Source: Pseudomonadota bacterium (GTDB lineage: Bacteria; Pseudomonadota; Alphaproteobacteria; Rhizobiales; Phreatobacteraceae). From it: a DNA stretch of 64,000 nt. Both the position numbers and the translations under genes were made by a program. Where the stretch lies: the NCBI GenBank assembly GCA_020161695.1, contig JAIUOO010000003.1:168043-232042 (forward strand), written 5' to 3'. Positions 29,641 through 38,818 of this stretch are shown here, one piece after another (position 1 is the stretch's first letter; each line of letters opens with the position of its first letter). The notes beneath the pieces are model-generated. The model was given only the letters and a program-made list of their open reading frames with translations. It had not been told where the DNA came from and did not search any database.

Positions 29641-29839
29641 GAAAACTCCGGGAGGGTCACCTTCGGCGGGGTAGCGATCATGGACCATGCCCCGATAGGG
29701 ACCAAGCCCTGCGTCCGGTGCACGGAACGCTGTCCCGCCGGGTCGTGGCGAAGCCCGGCGTCTTTGTGTTAGGTCTGCCACAATCGAGAAGCATGGCTGC
29801 CGGCCAAGCTGGCGGGCCAAGGTCCGGGAGGACATTGAA

Positions 29840-31429
29840 TTGACGTTCCAGATGCGCGACTTCCATCGTCCCGGCCGTTCTCCCGCCTATGCCACGGAAG
29901 CCATGGCGGCGACCTCGCACCCGCTGGCGACCGCTGCGGCGATCGACATCCTCAAGGCTGGCGGTACGGCGGCCGATGCCGCGATCGCGGCCGTCGGCGT
30001 GATGGCGGTTGTCGAGCCGCACATGACCGGCATCGGCGGCGACTGCTTCACGCTGATCTCGAAGCCGGGCAAGCCGATCTGGGGCTATAACGGCTCCGGC
30101 CGCGCGGCCAAGGCCGTCACCGCCGCCCGCCTGCGCGATCAGGGCCTGACGTCCGTCGCTCCCGACAGCGTCCATGCCGTCACCGTGCCCGGCGCCATCG
30201 AGGCGTGGGAGACCATCCTCAGGACCCATGGCCGCTTCGACCTCGGCCGCGTGCTGCAGGCGGCGATCCGCTACGCCAAGGAAGGCTGGCCGGTGACGCC
30301 GCGCGTCGCCTTCGACTGGGCGCCCGACGCTCCGGCGCTGGCGAAGGATGCGGGCGCTGCCCGTCACTACCTGCTGGATGGCCGCGCGCCGTCGGCCGGC
30401 GAACGCATGACCAGCGCGGCACTGGGCGCGACGCTGGAGGAGATCGGCAAGCACGGCGCCAAGGGCTTCTACGAGGGCCGCGTCGCCGAGGACATCGTCA
30501 GGACGGTGCAGGCCAAGGGTGGCCTCCTGACGCTGGACGATCTCGCCGCCCATCGCGGCACGGTCGAGACGCCGGTCATCGGCGACTACAGGGGAACCGG
30601 CGTCGCCGAGCTGCCGCCGAACGGCCAGGGCATCACGGCGCTGATCATTCTCAACATCCTCGAACAGTTCGACATTGCCAGCCTCGACCCGACTTCCCCC
30701 GAGCGGCTGCACCTGACCATCGAGGCGTCGCGGCTGGCCTATTCGCTGCGCGACACGCATATCGCCGACCCCGCCCACATGAAGGTCAGCGTCGACCAGC
30801 TGGTGTCCAAGAGCTTCGCCAGGACGCTCGCCGGCATGATCGACCCCGGCAAGCGCACCCCCCGCCTCATGCCGCCGCCGCCCGGCACCAACACGATCTA
30901 CTGCACCATCGTCGACCGCGACCGCATGGCGGTGTCGTTCATCAACTCGATCTTCCACCATTTCGGCTCGAAGATCTGCACGCCGGAAACCGGCATCCTG
31001 CTGCAGAATCGCGGCTCCAGCTTCAATCTCGACGACAGCCACCCGAACTGCATCGGGCCGGGCAAGCGGCCGATGCACACGATCATTCCGGCGATGATGC
31101 TGGAAAAGGGCGAGGTTACCTGCTCGTTCGGCGTGATGGGCGGCAGCTACCAGTCGACCGGCCACGCCCACGTCACCTTGAACACGGTCGACTACGGCAT
31201 GGACCCGCAGGCGGCCATCGATTCGCCCCGCGCCTTCTTCGAGGGCGAGCGGACCACGATTGAGCCGACCTGGCCGGCGGCGACCATCGACAAGGTCCGC
31301 GCCATGGGCCACGACGTCGAGGTCACCACCAAGCCGATCGGTGGCGGTCAGATGATCCGCATCGAGAAGTCCGGCTTCCTCGTCGGCGGCTCGGACGCGC
31401 GCAAGGACGGGCTCGCGCTGGGATACTGA
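29840..31429 (+). CDS. Gamma-glutamyltransferase-family protein
   Basis: TTG at 29840 lies 9 nt after GGGAGGA (alternative ATG at 29852). MAATSHPLATAAAIDILKAGGTAADAAIA. Autoprocessing-site-like TIYCTIVD. Confidence 0.9.
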   Translation: MTFQMRDFHRPGRSPAYATEAMAATSHPLATAAAIDILKAGGTAADAAIAAVGVMAVVEPHMTGIGGDCFTLISKPGKPIWGYNGSGRAAKAVTAARLRDQGLTSVAPDSVHAVTVPGAIEAWETILRTHGRFDLGRVLQAAIRYAKEGWPVTPRVAFDWAPDAPALAKDAGAARHYLLDGRAPSAGERMTSAALGATLEEIGKHGAKGFYEGRVAEDIVRTVQAKGGLLTLDDLAAHRGTVETPVIGDYRGTGVAELPPNGQGITALIILNILEQFDIASLDPTSPERLHLTIEASRLAYSLRDTHIADPAHMKVSVDQLVSKSFARTLAGMIDPGKRTPRLMPPPPGTNTIYCTIVDRDRMAVSFINSIFHHFGSKICTPETGILLQNRGSSFNLDDSHPNCIGPGKRPMHTIIPAMMLEKGEVTCSFGVMGGSYQSTGHAHVTLNTVDYGMDPQAAIDSPRAFFEGERTTIEPTWPAATIDKVRAMGHDVEVTTKPIGGGQMIRIEKSGFLVGGSDARKDGLALGY

Positions 31430-31435
31430 GCAGTT

Positions 31436-31789
31436 TCAGATGTCGCGACGCAGGATGGCGCCGCGACGCGTGCCACGCGCTGCTGGATCGGAAGCCTGAT
31501 AGCTGGCATCGGCCTCATCCATGCCCGCGCGGCGATTGCTGCGCGACTGGGGCATGTCGAGGCGGGCGGCGAGCAACTGGGCGACGAAGGCGGCCTGCGG
31601 CCTGCGCCCCCTATCCTGGCGACCGGATCGCTCTTCCGTGGCGACGGCGTCGATCACGGTCACGCGCGCATCCGCTGCCGGCCCCTGCCAGTCGGTCGCG
31701 GCGCGGCTCCGACGGCCGCCGAGATATTCGGCGAAGCGGCGCCTCCAGCGAACCGACGACGCCCTGCCTGCTCCGTTGACGGTCGCCAT
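31436..31789 (-). CDS. Arg-rich hypothetical protein (117 aa)
   Basis: I used the internal start MATVNG of ORF 31436..32122, because the longer form would overlap the next gene and its AT-richer upstream region. High third-position GC. Motif AAFVAQLLAARLDMPQSRSNRRA. Confidence 0.45.
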   Translation of the reverse strand: MATVNGAGRASSVRWRRRFAEYLGGRRSRAATDWQGPAADARVTVIDAVATEERSGRQDRGRRPQAAFVAQLLAARLDMPQSRSNRRAGMDEADASYQASDPAARGTRRGAILRRDI

Positions 31790-31867
31790 TGCGGCCTCCG
31801 ATCGTCCGGGCGGTACAGATGATCCGCCTCCGACGAGTGAATAGCAAGTTACGGGCCGGTTAACGGC

Positions 31868-31965
31868 CGTATCGAAATGGCACAGAAATTCGCTTATCGC
31901 GCGCCGATTTCGTGCTTTTCGTATCGTTCGTTGCGTCGAAAGCGTGAAGCTTACGTAACGATACG
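31868..31965. promoter_or_regulatory. Cluster of three CGTATCG heptamers in a divergent, AT-richer intergenic region
   Basis: CGTATCG at 31868-31874 and 31920-31926 (direct) and at 31959-31965 (inverted). The last two extend to a 9-bp inverted repeat, CGTATCGTT / AACGATACG. Confidence 0.4.
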
Positions 31966-31989
31966 TTTCCTTCACCGTTTTGCCGTCTG

Positions 31990-33762
31990 ATGACCGCCGT
32001 GATCGGGGCGGCAATGGCATTGGGCAGCAGCGTGGCATTGGCAGGCGACACATCGGCACCGAACCCGGCGCCAGCGACGGACGGCGCGGCAGACGCCATT
32101 CTCTCTTCCGTCGGTACGGCAACCTATGAATGGGCGGTGCCCTCGGATCGCCTGACCTGGAGCCCGAACGCGGCGGCCCTGTTCGGCGTCGAGGATCTCA
32201 CCCGCTTCGGCACCGGCCGCGCCTATGCGCAGCTGCTGGCTGCCGAGTCCCCCTCCGGCCGCTACGAGGCGGTGGTCAACTCGCCGCAGGTCGATCGCGG
32301 CGACGGCGTCGCCTACGAGATCGAATACGCGGTTTCCCCGCAGCCCGGCGTCATTCACTGGATCGAGGATACCGGCCGCTGGTTCGCGTCCTCCGACGGC
32401 CGCCCCCTGCACGCCCATGGCGCGGTGCGCATCATCACCGACCGCTACGAGACCCGCCGTCGCCTGATCGAGGCGAGCGAGATCGACCCGCTGACCGGCC
32501 AGCTGTCGCGTCATCGCTTCTGCGAGGTGCTGGAAGAGGCGCTGGACGACGCCCACAAGGTGCGCGGCTCCATCGGCTTCATCGTCGCGGCCGTCGACAA
32601 TCTCGCCCATGTCAACGATGCCTACGGCTTCGACATCGCCGATGCGATCATCGCCGCGGTCGGCCGGCGCATCCGCACGCGCATGCGTGGCGGCGATCTG
32701 CTGGGCCGGCTCTCCGGCAACAAGTTCGGCCTCTTGATGCGCAATTGCCAGCCGGAGGACATGGCCATCGCCGCCGACCGCATCCTGTCGGTCGTTCGCG
32801 ACGACGTGTTCATGACTGCGGCGGGCCCGATCGCGGTCAGCGTCACCATGGGCGGTGTCATCGCGCCGCGCCACGCCTCCTCGTTCGCCGCCATGATGGG
32901 CCGCGCACAGGAAGCGCTGGACGGGGTGAAGGCGCGCCGCCGCGGCGCCTTCCAGGCCTATGTGCCGAACCTCGAGCGCGACCGGCAGCGCCGGGAGAAC
33001 CTCAGGGTCACCGACGAGATCGTCGCCGCGCTCAACGACCGGCGCGTCGGCCTGGCCTTCCAGCCGATCGTCGCGGCGGGACCGGACCGCCGTGTCTCGT
33101 CCTATGAGTGCCTGCTGCGCATCCGCCGGCCCGACGGTTCGCTGCTGCCGGCCTCGACCATCGTGCCGCTGGCGGAAAAGCTTGGCCTCGTCAGGCTGAT
33201 CGACGCCCGCGTCCTCGAACTCGCCATCGCCGAACTGGCCGGGTCGCCCACCCTGAACCTGTCGATCAACGTCTCGCCCGCAACCACCATGGATCATGCC
33301 TGGATCAGGGCGCTGGAGGCGCAGCTGCGCGCCAATGCCGGCGCCGCCGGCCGGCTGACGGTCGAGATCACCGAGACCTCGGCCATCGCCGATGTCGACG
33401 AGACACGCCGCTTCGTCGCCAAGGTGCAGGGGCTCGGCTGCCGGGTCGCGATGGACGATTTCGGCGCCGGCTACACCTCGTTCCGCAACCTGCGCAGGCT
33501 CGGCGTGGACTGCGTCAAGATCGACGGCCCCTTCGTCGAGAACTATCACCGCAGCGAGGACGACCGGCACTTCGTGCGGACCCTGCTCGGGCTCGCGCAG
33601 CACATGGGCCTGTCGACCGTGGCGGAATGGGTGCCGACCGAGGAAGTCGCGCGCGAACTGGCGGCGCTCGGCTGCGACTACCTTCAGGGCAACCACACCG
33701 GCGCGGCGCTGGAAGATCGCCCGTGGCACGCGGCGGCAAAACCCGCCGCGATCAGGGCCTGA
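31990..33762 (+). CDS. PAS / degenerate-GGDEF / EAL signalling protein (probable c-di-GMP phosphodiesterase)
   Basis: 590 aa. The GGDEF position reads SGNKF (RLSGNKFGLL). The EAL position reads ECL (YECLLRI). Other EAL-domain motifs are present: EITE, DDFGAGYTSF, KIDGPFV, YLQG. Confidence 0.88.
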   Translation: MTAVIGAAMALGSSVALAGDTSAPNPAPATDGAADAILSSVGTATYEWAVPSDRLTWSPNAAALFGVEDLTRFGTGRAYAQLLAAESPSGRYEAVVNSPQVDRGDGVAYEIEYAVSPQPGVIHWIEDTGRWFASSDGRPLHAHGAVRIITDRYETRRRLIEASEIDPLTGQLSRHRFCEVLEEALDDAHKVRGSIGFIVAAVDNLAHVNDAYGFDIADAIIAAVGRRIRTRMRGGDLLGRLSGNKFGLLMRNCQPEDMAIAADRILSVVRDDVFMTAAGPIAVSVTMGGVIAPRHASSFAAMMGRAQEALDGVKARRRGAFQAYVPNLERDRQRRENLRVTDEIVAALNDRRVGLAFQPIVAAGPDRRVSSYECLLRIRRPDGSLLPASTIVPLAEKLGLVRLIDARVLELAIAELAGSPTLNLSINVSPATTMDHAWIRALEAQLRANAGAAGRLTVEITETSAIADVDETRRFVAKVQGLGCRVAMDDFGAGYTSFRNLRRLGVDCVKIDGPFVENYHRSEDDRHFVRTLLGLAQHMGLSTVAEWVPTEEVARELAALGCDYLQGNHTGAALEDRPWHAAAKPAAIRA

Positions 33763-33765
33763 CGG

Positions 33766-34371
33766 TCACTTCCGCGACAGGCCTTCGATCTTCTTCTGCA
33801 TCGCAGCGAGCTGGTTCTTCAGCTCGTCGAGGTCGCTGGCCTCGGAGGCCGGAGCAGCCGCGGGCGGCTCGGGAGCCGCTTCTCCGGCGGGCGCCTCGGC
33901 CGGGCTGCCGTCCTCGCGCTTGCCGAACGGCGAGAACATCGAGAACGCCCGCTCGAACATTTCCATGTTGCGGCGGATATGCTGCTCGAAGGGCGCGGTG
34001 AGCGGATTGACGCCGAGGGTGGAGGCGAGCTGCTGGCGCAGCTTGTCCTGCTCCTTCGACAGGGAGTCGATGGACATTTCCAGATAGCGCGGCACGAGCA
34101 GCTGCATCGAGTCGCCGTAGAACCGGATGAGCTGGCGCAGGAACGAGACCGGCAGCATCTTCTGCCCGTCCTTGTTCTCCTGCTCGAAGATGATCTGGGT
34201 CAGAACGGACCGGGTGATGTCCTCGCCCGTCTTGGCGTCGTAGACGAGGAAATCCTCGCCGGACTTCACCATCGAGGCGAGATCCTCAAGCGTCACGTAA
34301 GTCGAGGTTCCCGTATTGTAGAGCCGCCTGTTGGCGTATTTCTTGATGGTGACCGGACCGCTCTTCGCCAT
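33766..34371 (-). CDS. phaR: Polyhydroxyalkanoate synthesis repressor PhaR
   Basis: MAKSGPVTIKKYANRRLYNTGTSTYVTLEDLASMVK is the canonical PhaR N-terminus. Confidence 0.92.
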   Translation of the reverse strand: MAKSGPVTIKKYANRRLYNTGTSTYVTLEDLASMVKSGEDFLVYDAKTGEDITRSVLTQIIFEQENKDGQKMLPVSFLRQLIRFYGDSMQLLVPRYLEMSIDSLSKEQDKLRQQLASTLGVNPLTAPFEQHIRRNMEMFERAFSMFSPFGKREDGSPAEAPAGEAAPEPPAAAPASEASDLDELKNQLAAMQKKIEGLSRK

Positions 34372-34441
34372 CTTTCCCCCTGGCATTCGTTCTGCGGTGC
34401 CGTGCCCGCTGACGCCATGATTTCGTCACGATAGGTTTTTT

Positions 34442-34478
34442 TTGCACGCGCTGCCACGGTTTTGTGCAGCGCCGCTGC
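34442..34478. promoter_or_regulatory. TGC-rich repeats / small palindrome: possible PhaR operator in the phaR-phaA divergent region
   Basis: TTGCACGCGCTGCcacggttttgTGCAGCGCCGCTGC. It includes the inverted repeat GCAGC-gcc-GCTGC (34466-34478). Confidence 0.35.
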
Positions 34479-34602
34479 CGCCCTGCCGCATCCCGCACGG
34501 CTCCTTGGCAATTAGGCGCGGTTGACAGGCCCGCCGTGCCGTAGACATGGTCATCGGGACCCCTCGCTGCCGGGCCCGGCGGCCATTTACTGGAGGAAGC
34601 GC

Positions 34603-35778
34603 ATGTCCGAGGACATCGTCATCGTCGGTGCCGCCCGCACCCCCGTCGGCTCGTTCAACGGCGCCCTGTCGTGCCTGCCGGCTCACGAGCTCGGCGCCGT
34701 CGCCATCAAGGCCGCGCTGGAGCGCGCCAACGTGAAGCCCGACGAGGTGGACGAGGTCGTGTTCGGCCAGATCCTCACCGCCGGCGAGGGCCAGAACCCC
34801 GCCCGTCAGGCCGCGATGAAGGCCGGCATCCCCGCCGAGAAAACCGCCTGGGCGCTGAACCAGCTCTGCGGCTCGGGCCTGCGCACCGTCGCCATCGGCC
34901 TCCAGCAGATCGCCAACGGCGACGCCAAGATCATCGTCGCCGGCGGCCAGGAGAGCATGAGCCAGGCCCCGCACGTGGCGCATCTGCGCAACGGCACCAA
35001 GATGGGCGCCCTGGAAATGGTCGATTCCATGCTGAAGGACGGCCTGATCGACGCCTTCCACGGCTACCACATGGGCATTACGGCCGAGAACGTCGCCGAG
35101 AAGTGGCAGATCACCAAGGAAGAGCAGGACAAGTTCGCCGTCGCCTCCCAGAACAAGGCCGAGGCGGCCAAGAAGGGCGGCAAGTTCAAGGACGAGATCG
35201 TTCCGGTGACCATCGCCTCCCGCAAGGGCGACATCGTCGTCGACACGGACGAGTACATCCGCGACGGCGCCACCATGGACGCCATGACCAAACTGAAGCC
35301 CGCCTTCAAGAAGGACGGCACGGTGACCGCCGCCAATGCCTCGGGCATCAATGACGGCGCCGCCGCCGTCGTTCTGATGACCAAGGCCGAGGCCGACAAG
35401 CGCGGCCTGAAGCCGCTGGCCACGATCAGGTCCTGGGCGACCGCCGGCGTCGACCCGGCCATCATGGGCTCGGGTCCGATCCCGGCCTCGCGCAAGGCGC
35501 TGGAAAAGGCCGGCTGGTCGGTGAAGGACCTCGATCTCGTCGAGGCCAACGAGGCCTTCGCGGCACAGGCCATCGCGGTCAACAAGGACATGGGCTGGGA
35601 CACCGACAAGGTGAACGTCAATGGCGGCGCCATCGCCATCGGCCATCCCATCGGTGCCTCGGGCGCGCGCGTTCTGGTGACCCTGCTCCACGAAATGCAG
35701 AAGCGCGACGCCAAGAAGGGCCTCGCCACGCTGTGCATCGGCGGCGGCATGGGTGTCGCCATGTGCATCGAGCGCTGA
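34603..35778 (+). CDS. phaA: Acetyl-CoA acetyltransferase (beta-ketothiolase)
   Basis: ATG after [28 protein letters not shown], active-site region [10 protein letters not shown]-terminal [19 protein letters not shown] and CIGGGMG. Confidence 0.95.
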   Translation: MSEDIVIVGAARTPVGSFNGALSCLPAHELGAVAIKAALERANVKPDEVDEVVFGQILTAGEGQNPARQAAMKAGIPAEKTAWALNQLCGSGLRTVAIGLQQIANGDAKIIVAGGQESMSQAPHVAHLRNGTKMGALEMVDSMLKDGLIDAFHGYHMGITAENVAEKWQITKEEQDKFAVASQNKAEAAKKGGKFKDEIVPVTIASRKGDIVVDTDEYIRDGATMDAMTKLKPAFKKDGTVTAANASGINDGAAAVVLMTKAEADKRGLKPLATIRSWATAGVDPAIMGSGPIPASRKALEKAGWSVKDLDLVEANEAFAAQAIAVNKDMGWDTDKVNVNGGAIAIGHPIGASGARVLVTLLHEMQKRDAKKGLATLCIGGGMGVAMCIER

Positions 35779-35913
35779 GCGCAAATACCGACAGACGGGA
35801 GGCGGCGGGCCGCCTCCCGGCATCCCAAACGACAGGCTGGAACAACTCGTCACACAAGAGATGACGGGGCCGGCGAATCGTCTATCCAGAGGAAACCCTA
35901 AGGGAGGAACTGC

Positions 35914-36636
35914 ATGTCACGGGTCGCATTGGTCACGGGAGGCTCGCGCGGCATCGGCGCGGCCATCTCGAAGGCGCTGAAGGCAGCCGGCTACAAGGTT
36001 GCCGCCAATTATGCTGGCAATGACGAGGCCGCCGCCGCCTTCAAGGCCGAGACCGGCATCCCGGTCTTCAAGTGGTCGGTCGCCGACTACGAGGCCTGCG
36101 CCGCCGGCATCGCCAAGGTCGAGGCCGAAGTCGGCCCGGTCGACGTGCTGGTCAACAATGCCGGCATCACCCGCGACGCCATGTTCCACAAGATGACCCC
36201 TGCCCAGTGGAAGGAAGTCATCGACACCAATCTCTCGGGCGTCTTCAACATGACGCATCCGCTCTGGACCGGCATGCGCGACCGCAAGTTCGGCCGCGTC
36301 ATCACGATCTCCTCGATCAACGGCCAGAAGGGCCAGATGGGCCAGGCGAACTATTCCGCCGCCAAGGCCGGCGACCTCGGCTTCACCAAGGCCCTGGCGC
36401 AGGAGGGCGCGAAGGCCGGCATCACGGTCAATGCCATCTGCCCCGGCTACATCGCCACCGACATGGTGATGGCGGTGCCGGAGAAGGTGCGCGAGGCGAT
36501 CATCGGGCAGATCCCGGTCGGCCGGCTCGGCGAAGCCGACGAGATCGCCCGCGCGGTGCTGTTCCTCGCCTCCGACGAGGGCGGTTTCATCACCGGCTCG
36601 ACGCTGACGATCAACGGCGGCCAGTACCTCGCCTGA
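35914..36636 (+). CDS. phaB: Acetoacetyl-CoA reductase (SDR)
   Basis: ALVTGGSRGIGAAI, NNAGITRD and YSAAKAG. Position directly after phaA. Confidence 0.92.
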   Translation: MSRVALVTGGSRGIGAAISKALKAAGYKVAANYAGNDEAAAAFKAETGIPVFKWSVADYEACAAGIAKVEAEVGPVDVLVNNAGITRDAMFHKMTPAQWKEVIDTNLSGVFNMTHPLWTGMRDRKFGRVITISSINGQKGQMGQANYSAAKAGDLGFTKALAQEGAKAGITVNAICPGYIATDMVMAVPEKVREAIIGQIPVGRLGEADEIARAVLFLASDEGGFITGSTLTINGGQYLA

Positions 36637-36658
36637 GCGGCCCTCCGTGAAATGCAAG

Positions 36659-36687
36659 AGGCCGGGCGCGAGCCCGGCCTTTTCGTT
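36659..36687. terminator. Intrinsic terminator after phaB (possibly bidirectional, since flp converges on it)
   Basis: AGGCCGGGC-gcga-GCCCGGCCT followed by TTTCGTT. Confidence 0.75.
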
Positions 36688-36710
36688 GCGCCACCGAAGT
36701 CGGGCGAGCC

Positions 36711-36899
36711 CTATTTCCAGTTGCCGACCAGCTTGCCGTAGAAATTCGTCTCGACCGTCTCGCCGATCGAATAGATGGTCAGCATGACGACCCCGGCAAT
36801 TCCGGCGGCCAGCATCGAATATTCGACCGCGGTGGCGCCACCCGCATCGGCGGCAAAGCGACGGCCGAGGGCCTTCATCCTGCGAAAGCTGAAAGCCAT
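36711..36899 (-). CDS. Flp-family type IVb pilin
   Basis: MAFSFRRMKALGRRFAADAGGATAVEYSMLAAGIAGVVML carries the Flp motif G/ATAVEY followed by a hydrophobic helix. GGAGAG lies upstream of the ATG at 36899. Confidence 0.75.
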   Translation of the reverse strand: MAFSFRRMKALGRRFAADAGGATAVEYSMLAAGIAGVVMLTIYSIGETVETNFYGKLVGNWK

Positions 36900-36913
36900 C
36901 CTGGCCTCTCCTG

Positions 36914-37333
36914 TCAGTCGCGCGCCTCGCCGAGCAGCTCGGTGAGGAAGGGAATGAGGGGCTCGTCGGCGGGCGGCATCGGATAGTCCCTCAGCCGCCC
37001 GGGCTTCACCCAGGCGAGCCTTTGACCTTCGAGGCTCTGGACGCTTCCCTCCCACCTCCGGCAGACCCACAGCGGCATGAACAGCTGGAAGGTCTCGTAG
37101 GCGTGGCTGGCGAATGTCAGCGGGGCGAGGCAGGGTTCCTCGACCGCGATCCCGAGCTCCTCGCGAAGCTCACGGATCAGGGTCTGTTCCGGCCTCTCCC
37201 CCGGCTCGACCTTGCCGCCGGGAAACTCCCAAAGACCCGCGAGCGGCTTGCCGGCGGGGCGCTCGGCGAGGAGGATTCGGTTATCCGGATCGACCAGCGC
37301 GCAAGCCGCCACGAAGACGAGCTTCACGGTCAT
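36914..37333 (-). CDS. mutT: NUDIX hydrolase, MutT-like 8-oxo-dGTP diphosphatase
   Basis: Nudix box GLWEFPGGKVEPGERPEQTLIRELREELGI. Confidence 0.85.
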   Translation of the reverse strand: MTVKLVFVAACALVDPDNRILLAERPAGKPLAGLWEFPGGKVEPGERPEQTLIRELREELGIAVEEPCLAPLTFASHAYETFQLFMPLWVCRRWEGSVQSLEGQRLAWVKPGRLRDYPMPPADEPLIPFLTELLGEARD

Positions 37334-37415
37334 GGCACCATCCTTGTAGCGGCCAGAAGTTAACGTTTATGGCGGGCGATCGTCACAACGCAGACATCCG
37401 CTGTAACGATTGGCG

Positions 37416-38666
37416 TCACGACCGGTAGTCGCCGTTGATCGCGACGTAGTCCTTGGTCAGGTCGCAGGTCATGACCTTGGCCGTTCCCTTGCCGAGGCCG
37501 AGATCGGCGGTGACCGTGATGACGTCCTTCTTCATCACGGCGCTCGCCGCCTTCTCGTCATAGGCGGGGTCGCGCTCGCCCTCGTGGGCGACGCGGACAT
37601 CGCCGAAGGAGATCGACAGCCGGTCGCGCTCGGCGGGCTCGCCGGCCTTGCCGACCGCCATGACGACGCGGCCCCAGTTGGCGTCCTCGCCGGCGATGGC
37701 GGTCTTCACCAGCGGCGAATCGGCGATGGATTTCGCCACCTTGAAGGCGGAAGCGTTCGAGACGGCACCCTTCACCACGACGTGGACGAGCTTGCGCGCG
37801 CCCTCGCCGTCGCGCGCGACCTGTTCGGCAAGGTCCGCGAGCACGGCGTCCAGTGCCTTCTTGAACCCGGCGAGCCGGCGGTCGGAAGCCTTCTCGATGA
37901 CCGGCGCGCCGAGCTTTTCCGCCGTGCCCGTGGCGAACAGCATCAAGGTGTCGGAGGTCGAGGTGTCGCTGTCCACCGTCACCGTGTTGAAAGTGGTCTT
38001 GACGCCCTTGGACAGCAGCGCCTGCAGCGCCTCGGCGCCGATCGGCGCATCGGTGAAGACGAAGGACAGCATGGTCGCCATGTCTGGCGCGATCATGCCG
38101 GCGCCCTTGGCCATACCGTTGATCGTCACCGTCGCCTCGCCGAGCTTGGCGGTGGCGGTCGCGACCTTCGGAAACGTGTCCGTGGTCATGATCGCTTTTG
38201 CCGCATCGAGCCAGCCGCTCGACTTGGCCCCAGCGAAGGTCGTGTCCAGCACGCCCTCGTACTTGCTCGCGTCCAGCGGCTCGCCGATGACGCCGGTCGA
38301 GGCGAGGAACACTTCCGACTGCTTGCAGCCCGCCGCCTTGGCCGCGATCTTCGCGGTCAGCGCCACGGCATCGCGGCCCTTCTTGCCGGTGAAGGCATTG
38401 GCATTGCCGGAATTGACGACGAGGGCCCGCGCCTTGCCGCCGGCAAGGTTCGCCCGGCACCAGTCGACCGGCGCGGAGGGGCATTTGGAGCGCGTGAAGA
38501 CGCCCGCCACCGTCGTGCCCTTGGCAAGCCCGATGGCGAGCACGTCGGTACGGCCCTTGTAGCGGATGCCGGCCTCGGCGGTCGCCATGGTCACGCCGTC
38601 GATCGGCGGCAGGGTCGGCACCGTCTTCGGCGCGAGCGGGGAGACGGGCGGGACAAACTTGGCCAT
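37416..38666 (-). CDS. argJ: Bifunctional glutamate N-acetyltransferase / amino-acid acetyltransferase ArgJ
   Basis: 416 aa. Autoprocessing site region [17 protein letters not shown]. Confidence 0.95.
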   Translation of the reverse strand: MAKFVPPVSPLAPKTVPTLPPIDGVTMATAEAGIRYKGRTDVLAIGLAKGTTVAGVFTRSKCPSAPVDWCRANLAGGKARALVVNSGNANAFTGKKGRDAVALTAKIAAKAAGCKQSEVFLASTGVIGEPLDASKYEGVLDTTFAGAKSSGWLDAAKAIMTTDTFPKVATATAKLGEATVTINGMAKGAGMIAPDMATMLSFVFTDAPIGAEALQALLSKGVKTTFNTVTVDSDTSTSDTLMLFATGTAEKLGAPVIEKASDRRLAGFKKALDAVLADLAEQVARDGEGARKLVHVVVKGAVSNASAFKVAKSIADSPLVKTAIAGEDANWGRVVMAVGKAGEPAERDRLSISFGDVRVAHEGERDPAYDEKAASAVMKKDVITVTADLGLGKGTAKVMTCDLTKDYVAINGDYRS

Positions 38667-38818
38667 GGGCTCTCTCGGCGTTCCTCGGGCAGGCTTTCGC
38701 TAAGCCCTTAGCCGAACGCCCGTGTGACGGGAAGCGGCGGCGATGCATGGGCCGGCATTGCCCGGCCGATTACCAAGCTTTCATGCGCAACCGCGCCGGC
38801 AAATGCTATGATCCCGCC

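Noticed and set aside
31436-32122. The full 228-aa version of the minus-strand ORF
   Set aside because: The upstream 111 codons run through the AT-richer intergenic region and overlap the start of the GGDEF-EAL gene, with non-coding-like composition. Only the distal 117 codons, from the ATG at 31789, look coding.
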